IMG/VR virus record: IMGVR_UViG_3300042270_000314
Reading direction: 5' to 3' (one strand)
Length of the DNA: 64,000 nucleotides
Origin: a virus
Lineage: Duplodnaviria; Heunggongvirae; Uroviricota; Caudoviricetes
The notes beneath the pieces are model-generated. The model was given only the letters and a program-made list of their open reading frames with translations, was not told where the DNA came from and did no database searches. Position 1 is the first letter of the stretch, and each line of letters opens with the position of its first letter. This document shows positions 10,004 to 20,355 of the stretch, in pieces. The position numbers were made by a program, and so were the translations under genes.

Positions 10004-10522
10004 TTAGTTAAAATATAAAATACCGTCTTGGGTAAGACATTTAAAATCACTGTTGTAAATTTTTTGATTTTTACTTGCTAACTGAAAATAATCATCTGTC
10101 TTTAGAGATTGTTGTTTTTGTGTATGATCAAATCTCCCTGTTTTTAAAAATTTAAAATTTTCAATTCTATTATATCTGACATATTCAACATCGTACCCAG
10201 TATAAATACAATAATCATATTTGGTATATGTTCTGTTTAATAATTCTTTAACAAATTCTCTATTTTTATAAAATAATGGATCACCACCTAAAAGAGTAAT
10301 TTTATTTGTTCTATATCGTTTTGTTTCTATGGAAATTATATTTATCAATTCAGATAATGTAAATATCTTTCCATATAAAGGATCTTGAAGTTCTTTATTT
10401 TGACACTGTGGACAAATCCCATCGCATCCAGCAAAATATAATGACAAACAAATATCCTCTTTAGAAGGATAATCTAAAAAACTTCCTTGAATAATTTCAC
10501 TAATATTAACTTTTAAGTCCAA
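10004..10522 (-). CDS. nrdG: anaerobic RNR activating protein NrdG (radical SAM)
   Basis: Cys-cluster motif YFAGCDGICPQC and radical-SAM-like layout, immediately upstream of nrdD. Confidence 0.75.
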   Translation of the reverse strand: MDLKVNISEIIQGSFLDYPSKEDICLSLYFAGCDGICPQCQNKELQDPLYGKIFTLSELINIISIETKRYRTNKITLLGGDPLFYKNREFVKELLNRTYTKYDYCIYTGYDVEYVRYNRIENFKFLKTGRFDHTQKQQSLKTDDYFQLASKNQKIYNSDFKCLTQDGILYFN

Positions 10523-10548
10523 TTTAAATGTTCCTTAAATATAATTTA

Positions 10549-11058
10549 TTAATTTGTTTTTGTATATGAAATCTGATTTATAGACCCTCTATTAATATTT
10601 CTACTATATTTGTATCCTGAATCTATCATAATAAATTTAAATACTTGAGTATTATTTAATAGTCTTTCAATACAATTCATTTTATTAAAGAAAATAAACT
10701 GAATTTCTTTTACCTTTTTTTCTTTTAATAGCATTCTTAATGAAGTTAAAAATCCATAATAATACTCAAATAGCTGCTCTTTAGTAAGATTCTTTATGTT
10801 ATTGTATTCATTTTCATTATGAAAAGAAATTTTCCAAATATTCCCTTCTTCAATATATGCAATAAAATTAAACTGCTTAGAACCTATTGTAAACAAAGTA
10901 CAAAAATCATAGATAGGGGAATCCTCTTTAACTACTTCCAATGTTGGAAATGTTGTAGAAAATTCTTGATCAATATCTGAGAATGAATTAGATAACTGGA
11001 GAAAACGCTCAAACTCTGTTAATGAAAATAGTCCCATTAATACCTCTCTTAATTTCAA
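10549..11058 (-). CDS. hypothetical protein (169 aa)
   Basis: Track ORF in the nrd operon block. Confidence 0.4.
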   Translation of the reverse strand: MKLREVLMGLFSLTEFERFLQLSNSFSDIDQEFSTTFPTLEVVKEDSPIYDFCTLFTIGSKQFNFIAYIEEGNIWKISFHNENEYNNIKNLTKEQLFEYYYGFLTSLRMLLKEKKVKEIQFIFFNKMNCIERLLNNTQVFKFIMIDSGYKYSRNINRGSINQISYTKTN

Positions 11059-11061
11059 TTT

Positions 11062-11580
11062 TTAATTCAAAAATCCTCTTTCGATTTCATTACAAAGGAA
11101 ATCAATAAATGCTGTCTGCTCATCTGTAAAATTATATTTTGGATATGCCTTTTGATCTTTAAATTCGACCAAGGAATTTTTGAATTCAAAGCTCATAGCT
11201 CCCCAATCACAAACCATTTCAATAAGATCAATAAACATCATTTGTTTGATATCTTCAAAATATTCGGGATGGTGTCTATTTACGAATTTATGATGATCCC
11301 ATGCTTTAGTCATAATAGTATCATCTTCAGGTGTAAACTTATACCCAACCTTTCTATTATATTTCTCAGTCATCAAAATATAGCCCATCATTTCTTCAAT
11401 AGAAAATTTGGATTCATCATGTGCTTCGATTCGTTCTTCAAGTTCAGTTTTCGAAATAAACATATCATCTAAATATGACTTTGTTGCTTCATTAGAAAAA
11501 ATAAACTCAAAAACATCTTGAACATTCTTGATATGATTTTCTGTTCTCTCCTTGTAGTTCTTGAACATTTTACCTATCAT
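11062..11580 (-). CDS. hypothetical protein, possible HD-domain phosphohydrolase (HD...HH...HH motifs)
   Basis: EAHDESKF and WDHHKFVNRHHPEY motifs; weak. Confidence 0.3.
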   Translation of the reverse strand: MIGKMFKNYKERTENHIKNVQDVFEFIFSNEATKSYLDDMFISKTELEERIEAHDESKFSIEEMMGYILMTEKYNRKVGYKFTPEDDTIMTKAWDHHKFVNRHHPEYFEDIKQMMFIDLIEMVCDWGAMSFEFKNSLVEFKDQKAYPKYNFTDEQTAFIDFLCNEIERGFLN

Positions 11581-12178
11581 TTTTCAGCTCCCACCAATCT
11601 ACTTTATTGTCTCTAATATCTTCCCATGTGTCGGTCCATTCTTCATATATTGGTTTATTAGGAACATCATAAGGAAACTCTACCGGTAATCTGCTATAAT
11701 AATTTGTGAAATATGATTTATATGTTTCACCTGTTTTTTCATCAGTATACCATTCCCAAAACACTCTACCATCAATATTACAAGCCCTTCCGGTATCATC
11801 TTTAAATATAGTACTACATCTTTTATTCTGGCAAACACCTTCAGATACTTCATTCCACTCTTCATCTTTACCTGTAAGTGGACCTAAAGGTTTGAAATCA
11901 AATAATTTATTTAATGCGGTGATAGCATAACCAGCACTGAATCCAGAATGTCCTTCTTTAGCAAACTCAGTAACCATATGAATCAAGTGCCTTCTCATCA
12001 TACGATTCATATCATCTGGACTATTTTCTGTCATTCCGATATAATCAAGCTCGTCCATAGCATGACGTACTAATCTAGATTTTTCCGGTTTAAATGACCA
12101 ATTATCATTTGATTCCATTGTTTCATTTTCCACTAATTCGCTCGGTTCCATAAAACCTTCTACAGATGGGTCATTCAT
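11570..12178 (-). CDS. hypothetical protein (202 aa)
   Basis: Track ORF. Confidence 0.4.
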   Translation of the reverse strand: MNDPSVEGFMEPSELVENETMESNDNWSFKPEKSRLVRHAMDELDYIGMTENSPDDMNRMMRRHLIHMVTEFAKEGHSGFSAGYAITALNKLFDFKPLGPLTGKDEEWNEVSEGVCQNKRCSTIFKDDTGRACNIDGRVFWEWYTDEKTGETYKSYFTNYYSRLPVEFPYDVPNKPIYEEWTDTWEDIRDNKVDWWELKNDR

Positions 12179-12879
12179 TACTTTACTCCTTTATATATCA
12201 TATTATGTTTAGAACAATATCTTCTAATAGCTTCTATTGGAGCTTCATTAGGCGCAATTTCTTCACTTGTACCAATAATACCACCCTTCCAAGAACCTTT
12301 TTTTGGACCAGTCTCTTTGTTGAATTCTATATCTATATTTCTCCTAACAATAGGTTTAGTAAAATATTTTAACCAAGAACACCATTTCTCGCCTTTAGTC
12401 CACATTCTTTCTTCAATATAGCATGTAGCTTCAATTTCTTCACCATCATAATCTTCAAGAATAAATGTAACTTTTGGTAATCTAGAATATATTTTACAAT
12501 CTCTATCAATGTGTTTACCATATTCTACAGCAAGTTCATTATGATTTAAATCAAATATCTTATGATGTCTGAATGTATATTGGGTCCAAGGAAGAAAGAA
12601 TGATTTATAATTGTTATTCTTAATCTCTCCAAAATAATCTGGTTGATCCCCCCATTTAATCATTACATGACCATCAAAAACATAGAAACCATATTCTCTG
12701 CGTGCATAATAACTATAATTTCCGGCTGGTGAATGCATTTTATATTCTTTTGGTTTAATGATAGCAGGAATACTAAAATAATATGATCCTAACCTTATAA
12801 AGTTTCTATATTGTGATTCTTCTCCACCAGAACAAAATTCTAAACCAAAACTATCCAACTTACCTTCATATTTAATCAT
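12178..12879 (-). CDS. hypothetical protein (233 aa)
   Basis: Track ORF. Confidence 0.4.
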   Translation of the reverse strand: MIKYEGKLDSFGLEFCSGGEESQYRNFIRLGSYYFSIPAIIKPKEYKMHSPAGNYSYYARREYGFYVFDGHVMIKWGDQPDYFGEIKNNNYKSFFLPWTQYTFRHHKIFDLNHNELAVEYGKHIDRDCKIYSRLPKVTFILEDYDGEEIEATCYIEERMWTKGEKWCSWLKYFTKPIVRRNIDIEFNKETGPKKGSWKGGIIGTSEEIAPNEAPIEAIRRYCSKHNMIYKGVK

Positions 12880-12882
12880 TGA

Positions 12883-13626
12883 TTATTCCTCTAACAACTT
12901 CATCTTATTAAACTTTTTCTTTTCCTCTTCAATCTCTTCTAAAGTTTTATCACCTAAGATCAAGTTACCAGAGGGTGGGTCGGTGATCAATAAACTTTCA
13001 TTTACAATTTTTTCCATTTTCGTAAATAACTCCCATTCGTCTTTTACATAAGATCTGTATTTTGATATATTATTTAAGAAATCTGAAATTTTTTCTTTCT
13101 CATCTATAGATAATATTATATATTTTTTAAGTAGTAAATAAAGGAATGTATAAGGGTCAATATGACCCCGAATATAATCATTAACAACATTTAATGAAAA
13201 TTCATTTTTAGATTTACAATATTCTAATATTGAATTCCTTTGATCTTTCTTTAGAATTCCTTTCATGAATTTAAAACTTTTTAAAATTTGTTTTTTACAT
13301 GCTTCACAATGAAATTTTTGAATCTTATCATTTTGAATGTACTGCTTTAAAATTTTATCATTGAGGAAATTCGTATAAGTGAATTTTGGGAATAATTTGA
13401 ACCCCGTTTCAAGATACTTGATTGGATCAATATTTTGCCATTTGGTATTAAAATAATCTGAGAGTGTTTTAATCTTGTCATAGTTAGCTTGATTAGATTG
13501 TCTTAGCTTTTCTAATGAAAGATCAGGGTTCTTTGGTAGTCTATATGGTCTATTATTTATAATTCCTTTCATTTTGAGGTATTCTACATATAGAAATTCC
13601 ATTGTGATCATATGGTCTCCTAACAT
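12883..13626 (-). CDS. hypothetical protein (247 aa)
   Basis: Track ORF; first gene downstream of the 13740-13810 repeat module. Confidence 0.4.
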   Translation of the reverse strand: MLGDHMITMEFLYVEYLKMKGIINNRPYRLPKNPDLSLEKLRQSNQANYDKIKTLSDYFNTKWQNIDPIKYLETGFKLFPKFTYTNFLNDKILKQYIQNDKIQKFHCEACKKQILKSFKFMKGILKKDQRNSILEYCKSKNEFSLNVVNDYIRGHIDPYTFLYLLLKKYIILSIDEKEKISDFLNNISKYRSYVKDEWELFTKMEKIVNESLLITDPPSGNLILGDKTLEEIEEEKKKFNKMKLLEE

Positions 13627-13859
13627 ATTAAAATTATTAGTTAAAATTTAAAAATCTTGAAAACTAGGAAAAACTCTCAAAATACTAATATAATATACAC
13701 AGTTTTTTCATAATTTCTGGATTTTTCATATAAGTTATTGAAATCATTAGATATTCATAAAACTTGGTGGATTCCTAAGTTATTGAAATAGTTAGATAAT
13801 TTATTTTATCCTCTTTTTTAGAGTTTTCCAGATGTTTTTATTATAAATGAGAAATTTAA

Positions 13860-13900
13860 CTTGTAAACCTTAAAAATTCTTTGTTTACAATTGATACCGA
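13860..13900 (+). promoter_or_regulatory. sigma70/T4-early-like promoter GTTTACA-N17-ATAAAT pointing into the GC-rich non-coding island
   Basis: tttGTTTACAattgataccgaagtagaTAAATTat seen directly. Confidence 0.35.
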
Positions 13901-13959
13901 AGTAGATAAATTATTTTATAAATAAGTTTAATTGATATTTGAATAGGTGGAATTAAGAG

Positions 13960-14560
13960 TTTGGACTTGCTAGTTGGTTAAGAGCTAATTAGTGAGCGCT
14001 TGGTAAAATATTTCCGAGTGAGGACGACTTCTTCATAAAATGTTTGTCCCATTGTCAATGACAATGCAAGATCCGCCCCTGAAGCAACCAAAGGGGATGT
14101 ATGAATTTCACGCGAGTGACTTTTGTGTCAATTTGACTCATGCTAGGTCCAATCCCTTCATGAGCCACCGGCATAAATGCCCAGCAGACGTTATCCTAAA
14201 GCCATCTGCTGGAGAGGATAGAATCCGACTGTACTAGTTTCTTGTAACGATTTTGATTTTTGCTAGTGTTCTTAGTGATCAAAATTTATTAACGGGAAAG
14301 GGAAGATCGTTTTGTAGATTGGGAGCATATGAATGCCCAAGAAGTTCAGATCAAACTAGACCATACCTGAACTTGGCTTAATCAACCAAACAGAACGTAG
14401 GAAAACATAAGGAACCTCGCCGCAATGCATACTGTTTCAAAGCTCTTTTGTGGGGTAATGAGAACGGGATGTGTTTGGCAGGAAATTGAATGTTTCTTCT
14501 TAGATTAAATTAGTCTAGGTAAGTCACGTTCAATTTCCTGCCGAATGCATTGATAGAATA
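13960..14560. ncRNA. GC-rich (~45% vs ~28% background), hairpin-dense non-coding island; candidate structured RNA (group-I-intron-like, RNase P or tmRNA not resolvable by eye)
   Basis: No ORF >65 aa in any frame even with TGA as sense; multiple long perfect stems (CCCCT...AGGGG; CCAGCAGA...TCTGCTGG; CCAAGAAGTTCAG...CTGAACTTGG; 14-bp GGCAGGAAATTGAA...TTCAATTTCCTGCC). Confidence 0.4.
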
Positions 14561-14629
14561 TATATAAAAAATTTTCTATATTATTATTTTATAATTTATT
14601 ATGGGTGGATTAGAATCTAAATTTGAAAT

Positions 14630-15064
14630 CTAAAGCTCAATAGCAATATCATCTACGAATACTGAATTTGATGTTTTCATTTGAATAGAATACATTTCAA
14701 ATCCATTTGCAGCAACTATTTCTTCAATATTCTTAATCTTTTTTCTTCCAAATAATATACTTGAAATATTGAGTTTTTTTGCTTTGACTGCTGTATTGTT
14801 GACTAGGATAAGTTTGGTGTCATGGGAAACTTGAAATGCAAAACCATCTTCAAGTGTGATTTTGATTAATGATGGTACTTTTTCTTCTTCGATTAGTAAT
14901 ACAGGGGAAAACCCTTTTAATGTAGTTAATTCAAGAAATTTTTTGTTTAGTTCTTTTTTCTTATAAACAAGATTTTTGAGTAGATCAATTCTGATTTTGA
15001 AAATGTTGTTTTTTCCTGCTTTGACAGTAACCATTGATCCCCTGTGAACAAGACATGTTTTCAT
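14630..15064 (-). CDS. free-standing Hint/intein-like domain protein (MKTC-LVHRGSMVTV block-A-like, VSHDTKLIL block-B-like; lacks terminal HN)
   Basis: Track ORF; ends with a true TAG; located just downstream of terL. Confidence 0.4.
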   Translation of the reverse strand: MKTCLVHRGSMVTVKAGKNNIFKIRIDLLKNLVYKKKELNKKFLELTTLKGFSPVLLIEEEKVPSLIKITLEDGFAFQVSHDTKLILVNNTAVKAKKLNISSILFGRKKIKNIEEIVAANGFEMYSIQMKTSNSVFVDDIAIEL

Positions 15065-15098
15065 ATTATAATTCCTTTCTAATTTGAATTATAATTAT

Positions 15099-18000
15099 TT
15101 ATGTGTTCATTCAAGATCAGTCTGCATTTTCAAGATAGTGATCATCATCAATGTCTGCTAGAATCCCTCATACATCCTCATCTTCTTCTTTGTTTTTAAA
15201 TAGGTCAACATCATCTTCAAAAAGTTGAGTATCAATAAGGAAACATAACCAATAAAGAGCCGAGACAAGGTCATCCCCGGTGTCTGCGCTTGAAGAAAAT
15301 TTTCCGTTTTTTTCAATGAATGTTGAAATTTGTTTAGCTGTTTCCCTATCTTTAACTATTAGTGATCCATCTTCAATGAGTTTCTTCATTGTAATAACAG
15401 CTTTTGTCTTTGATGAAGAAGTTGCTCTAATGCCAATCTCGTTTTCTTTGTTTCCTGAATTATAAAGGTTTGGGTTTTCAAAGACCCACCAAAGATTCTG
15501 TGAAACTGTGGATCCTTCAGCATTATTCTCAATACCGATAATAGCATCATTATAGTAAATTGATAATCTATTAATGATAGAAGAAAGTTCATAGGTGTCA
15601 GTAACATTGGACTGGAATGTTGCTGCATTAACTAATTTTACTGGTTTAAATGAATCTATTCTATAAATTTGTATACAAGCATCATGAGCTCCCGATCCTT
15701 TAGACGGATCAACACCGATGAGATATTTTTCTCCATCTTTTGGTTTAAGATAAACCCTAAGTCTTTCATTAAGATCCATAGCAATGGGGTCTTCTAGAGT
15801 AGTGTTAATATATCCAATGGCTTCAGTGGAAACAACGGTATTTGATGACCCAAGAAACTCGACCTCAAATTCCTGGTTGAACTTCTGTATGTTTCCCATG
15901 TTTTTAATTTGTTTTTCTTTTCATTTTTTATTTCTACCAGGTATCATGTCCCAAGTGACTTTCATATGCTTGTATTCGTTTTTACTTGTTTCAGCTCCAG
16001 AATAAATTTCATGAAAGAGATTGAATACACCATTTGGAGTAGAAATAATAATAATTTTTGCTTCATCAGAAGATGAAATTGCTGGATAGACTGAAGTATA
16101 AAATTCTCTAGCAATGTTATCTGAGACGAAGGCTAGCTCGTCGAGGAGAAGCATTGAACAATTGTGTGATATTACACCATTTGTTCAATATGATTGTGTG
16201 TCTTGTACATTCAATGCGTCGAAAACTTCTATATCATCCCATTGATATTCTTTTTCTAATACTGTTGTTTTTGGAAAAAGAATATCACCAACAATAATAT
16301 CTTTAGCTTCTTTAAAAGTAATACCATCAGACAAAAGAAATTTGTGATTATGTGTGCAATCTATAGTTTCATTGGTTGATAAATCAAATTTTATCAATGT
16401 TGATTTTCCTTGATTTATAAACCCATCAAATGGTTTAAATCCTTTGTGTGTTAATATTTCCATTACTTTCTTCCTATTGATCATCCTTCTGGTAAGTTTT
16501 TATCTTTATCATACATTTTTATTTCTTTTGTTTTTACATTATGAATTCAAATAGTATTTTTTCTGGACTCTTTCTTTTTCCCTGTTCCTTTCAATCAACC
16601 ATCTGGGATTTCATGATTTTTACTGATTTGTATAGTTTCTAATGTTAGGGGATTATATATATGAATTTTACCCTTATTTGGGGCATCCTTTCCTATTCGC
16701 GAATTTGATATACGCTTTCGAGTTACTTCACTTCTTTTCATACCCCTATGTTTTTCTGCTGTTTTTCGAATTTTTTCAGGATTTCTATTTATTTTATCAA
16801 CTCATTCATCTGATTTTTTATGACCCTTTAAAGAGTTACTTAATTTTTTATTTCTTTCTTCTGTAAATGTTTTATTATATCATGTATTATATTCTTCTAA
16901 ATTCATGTTTGTAAATTTTAAAAGTCTACTTGTAGATATATTTTTTCTATGTTCTAAAGAAAGTCTTCTTCCTCTTAATTTATTTGATAATTTTTGTCTT
17001 GTTTCTTTACTTACTGGAGGTCTATTTTTAAGAGCTTTTATTTGTTTTTCCCTATATTCATTGTTTTTTCATCTTTCTTTCGATGATATAGAAATTAACT
17101 TTTTGGCTTTTGGAGTATGTTTATAATTTCTAGATTTTTCAGAAATGAGCTTTTTTGTTTTATCAGAATGTTTTCTGCCATAAAAGCCATTTGCTTCTCC
17201 ACATAAAATACACACATTACCACCCAATGATAAATTATAGTTTGAGTTATCTTTAACAAACTCTTCATTCACAAGTTCCCTTTCCAATAATTCTGCATCT
17301 TCTTTATTATCAAACACCATTATAATTTCTCTTTTAAAATTTTCTGGTCCATATTTTTCAATAGCTCTTCTTATATATTTTCCAGACCCCAAATACCCAT
17401 CATCCAAATCATTTGTAGAATGGAACCCTATATAGTATTTCCCATTAATTAAATTTGTCGTTTTATACACCATATAATATTTTTTAGTATTTTTGAAATT
17501 CATTTCATCTCCCATAAATCTATTTATATTAGATGAAATTGCTTTTGTTTTTTCTATGGTTGTATAAAAAATATCTCCATTATCATCACACACACAAACT
17601 TTTGTATATTTGGGAACACAGGATCTCCCACGGAATGTGTCTTCAGTTGTTCCAGCAGTTTCAATTTTAGATCCATTTTCAAATTCAATGGAATTTTTGT
17701 TATATTCTATAACCCCAGGTTTTAATCAAAAAGGCAGCTCCTCATACATAATCTTAATACGTCTAAGAAGATCTTTTGCTGAACTTGCTTTATTAGATGC
17801 AATTCCGATGAATTTATCAGAATTAAAAATTGCATATCAAAGAGCAAAAGCCCCTACTGTAGTTGAATTGTGACTCTTTATACCATTAGTATAATAACAT
17901 TCCCCATCAACATCTAAACAATCATACATATTAGAAAATGTGTTTAGTTTTTCAATACTAGAAATTTCTATATCACCATTTTCTGTTTCTATAAAATTGC

Positions 18001-18568
18001 CTGCACTTAAATCTTTGACATAAATTTCTTTATTATTTGAAAATAAAATATGATTATCTGCACATATTAATTCTATACCATTTGATAATGATACTTTATA
18101 TTCATCATATTCAATAGTTTTGCCAACCCCAGAAAAATCTTTTCACCCTTCTGGGGTTCATATTTCATAATCTTCACAGAAACGCTTTTCAACAAATTTA
18201 TCATCTATATTAAAAGAAGATATTGTTAATTTATCAAAAAATTCTCCAATAGTTAGTTCTTCCTCTATTCCAGTTTTTTTGTTTCTAATTTTTATTTTTG
18301 TGTCCCAAGAAACGCACTTTCCCGATTGTCTGCAGAACAAGAAAACCAAATAACGATTGTCTTTACACATTTTAATCATTTTTTTCTGAAATGGGTAAAG
18401 AAGATCCCCTAATTTTTTCCTGCCACCATCGATAGTAACAATAGTAACAAAATTAAGAAAATACAAAACATCTTCTGAACACCTAACAAGATCTGATATC
18501 ATCTCAGGTGTATATTCATTTTCCATTCCTGGGGTCTTTACAAATTTATCATCGTATCTAATTGACAT
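15099..18568 (-). CDS. terL: large terminase subunit (T4 gp17-like) interrupted by two inteins; several in-frame TGA; frame break inside intein 2
   Basis: N-terminus LYPFQKKMIKMCKDNRYLVFLFCRQSGK then intein 1; extein STTVGAFALWYAIFNSDKFIGIASNK...LPFW*LKPGVIEYNKNSIEFENGSKIE matches the T4 gp17 region TVVAIFLAHF...[23 protein letters not shown]; after intein 2 the extein CSMLLLDELAFV (Walker B)...IIIISTPNG...nuclease domain IGVDPSKGSGAHDACIQIY...DDLVSALYWLCF. Confidence 0.8.
16161..17620 (-). mobile_element. intein 2 of terL (begins CVPKYTKVCV, ends VISHN|C): N-terminal part fused in frame to a complete GIY-YIG endonuclease with NUMOD3 repeats ending at TAA 16464-16466; blocks B and F/G follow in the -1 frame from ~16484
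   Basis: GIY-YIG YYMVYKTTNLINGKYYIGFHSTN...YLGSGKYIRRAIEKYG; NUMOD3-like GRKHSDKTKKLISEKS, GMKRSEVTRKRISNSRIG; I-TevI-like tail IPDGW*LKGTG; block B IDCTHNHKFLLSDGITFKEAKDIIVGDILF; block F/G VFDALNVQDTQSYW*TNGVISHN. Confidence 0.6.
17867..18316 (-). mobile_element. intein 1 of terL: ~150-aa mini-intein inserted in the Walker A P-loop (GK|C...SHN|S)
   Basis: CVSWDTKIKIRN (block A), GIELICADNHILF (block B), MYDCLDVDGECYYTNGIKSHN (blocks F/G) then +1 Ser; contains 2 TGA codons. Confidence 0.7.
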
Positions 18569-18653
18569 ATTAAAAGCCTTTTCATAGTTTGATTTATTTA
18601 TATAAATATTATAAACATCAAGTGAATCATAAAATTCTGGAGGAATTTAACTC

Positions 18654-19817
18654 ATGTCTGAAATCTTAAAATTATTTACAGAGAAAGAACAAAAATCAAA
18701 ACATTTTAATGAAATCTCTACTTTGTTAGAGAATACAATTAAAACTATAAGAAAATTTAATCCTTCCTTTACACTAGAAGAGGCAATTTCTTATACTACT
18801 GGGGCACTAGGTACAATTGCAGATAATGATACAAATGGAATTTACCAAAAACTCTCTTTGGGGTTATCAAAGAGAACTTGGGACAGATTGATTGCCAGAG
18901 AAATTGTAGGTGTTCAGCCTTTGTCTGGTCCTGTTGGCCTATATTATGCTTTGAGATATTACGCCAGTGGAACTTATGCTGGGGGAACAGATACTGAAGT
19001 TGGATTCAATAAGGCAGATAGCACCTATACTGGTTCCTATTCTACATCTGCCGGGGAATCTTTAGGTTCTAATACAAATATAGGATTAGGAATTGGTGAT
19101 GATACTCTTATTAAGGAGTTGAATGTCAAGCTTGAGAAAAAACAAGCAGAAGCGGTTTCAAGAAAGCTTAGAGCATCGTTCTCTGAAGAGCTTTTTCAGG
19201 ATGTTTTTGCTATGCATAGTCTTAATCTAAGAGAGCAAACATGGGATGCTATTGCTAGAGAAATTGCTACAGAAATTGATCTTGAAGTTATTAACAAACT
19301 TGACACAGTAGCTACATCAAACTCTCTAGATTTTGCTACTGTTGCTGGCGATAATAAGTCTGATAAGTACAATTCATTTGTCTCCTATATTATTACATTG
19401 GCCAATAGAATTGGAACTCTTACTAATCACGGGGTAGGAAACTTTGTAATTGCTAATGCAAATGTTTGTACTTGTTTAGAATCATCTCAACAGTTTGCTG
19501 TTTCTCTGCTTAACGATTTTCAGGATGATTGAGATAAGCGTGTATGTTTTGCTGGAACAATTAATGGAATGAAGATTTATCGAAATATTTTCTGGGATAC
19601 AGATAAATATATTGTAGGATATAAAGGATCAACTGAACTAGATGCTGGAGTTTTTTATCTTCCTTATATTTTTATGATGCTACAGTCTATGCATGAAAAT
19701 TCATATCAGAATTCTGTTTCAGTACTTTCAAGATATGCTATTGGCGAAAATATATTTGGTGCAGAAAATTATTATCAAAAAGTTGATGTATCCAATATGG
19801 ACGTTTTATATTCATAA
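18654..19817 (+). CDS. gp24: major capsid protein paralog (T4 gp24-like vertex protein); 1 in-frame TGA at 19530
   Basis: Track ORFs 18654..19532 and 19569..19817 are in one frame joined by TGA; strong similarity to the 25031..26272 capsid protein (GVQPLSGPVGL..., ...YAIGENIFGAENYY). Confidence 0.75.
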
Positions 19818-19820
19818 AAA

Positions 19821-19845
19821 AGGGAGCATTTAGCTCCCTTTTTCT
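19821..19845 (+). terminator. rho-independent terminator GGGAGCatttaGCTCCC+T5
   Basis: Seen directly after the gp24-like gene. Confidence 0.6.
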
Positions 19846-19938
19846 TATTCAAAAATCTTTGAAATTTTCTTGTCTTTTACCTTATGCTCTGTAATTTTTA
19901 CTTCAATTGGTAGAATAAAGAATCATAGCTTCTCTCAT

Positions 19939-19946
19939 TATAAATA
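19939..19946 (+). promoter_or_regulatory. T4-type late promoter TATAAATA
   Basis: Exact T4 late promoter consensus ~40 nt upstream of ATG 19986; gp55 is encoded in this window. Confidence 0.5.
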
Positions 19947-19985
19947 GTTTATATATAGTTATTTATATTCATAGGAGAAAAAATA

Positions 19986-20354
19986 ATGCCTCTTCCAGAA
20001 CCAAAATCAAATGAAAATAAAAAAGATTTTATAAGTAGATGTATAACATCAATTGCTGATGAAAAAGATGAAAAGGGAAATTTACGTTGAAAGGATAATG
20101 ATCAACGAGTTGCAGTATGTTTCTCACAATGAGAACGAAAAAATGAATCTGAATTAGTTATAAAAATAAATAACTTTATTGGTGAATCTACTGTTACTGG
20201 AGACATTGCTTCTTTTGAAAAGCCAATTGGGATATCAAAAAATTCATATATCCAAAAACGAGATTCCAGATGGACTTATGTAGTTGATGAAACAGAAATG
20301 GATTCTGATGAAGATTTAGAAAAATTAAAGAAACGAATTAAGGTGGTAAAGTAA
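19986..20354 (+). CDS. hypothetical small protein (122 aa, 2 in-frame TGA)
   Basis: Hand translation MPLPEPKSNENKKDFISRCITSIADEKDEKGNLRW*KDNDQRVAVCFSQW*ERKNE...; RBS AGGAGA upstream; absent from the track because of TGA. Confidence 0.45.
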
Positions 20355-20355
20355 T

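Noticed and set aside
13960-14560. Specific assignment of the GC-rich island as tmRNA, RNase P RNA or a group I intron
   Set aside because: By eye I could not locate the tmRNA tag-peptide reading frame or tRNA-like ends, RNase P P4 signatures, or group I P/Q/R/S cores. This is left as an unclassified structured element.
16440-16500. Programmed -1 ribosomal frameshift joining the GIY-YIG frame to the intein C-terminal frame
   Set aside because: No X_XXY_YYZ slippery heptamer is in the correct register (GAT_AAA_AAC does not satisfy it), and there is no obvious downstream pseudoknot. A homopolymer indel or a degenerate intein is more parsimonious. This is kept as an open question in the findings.
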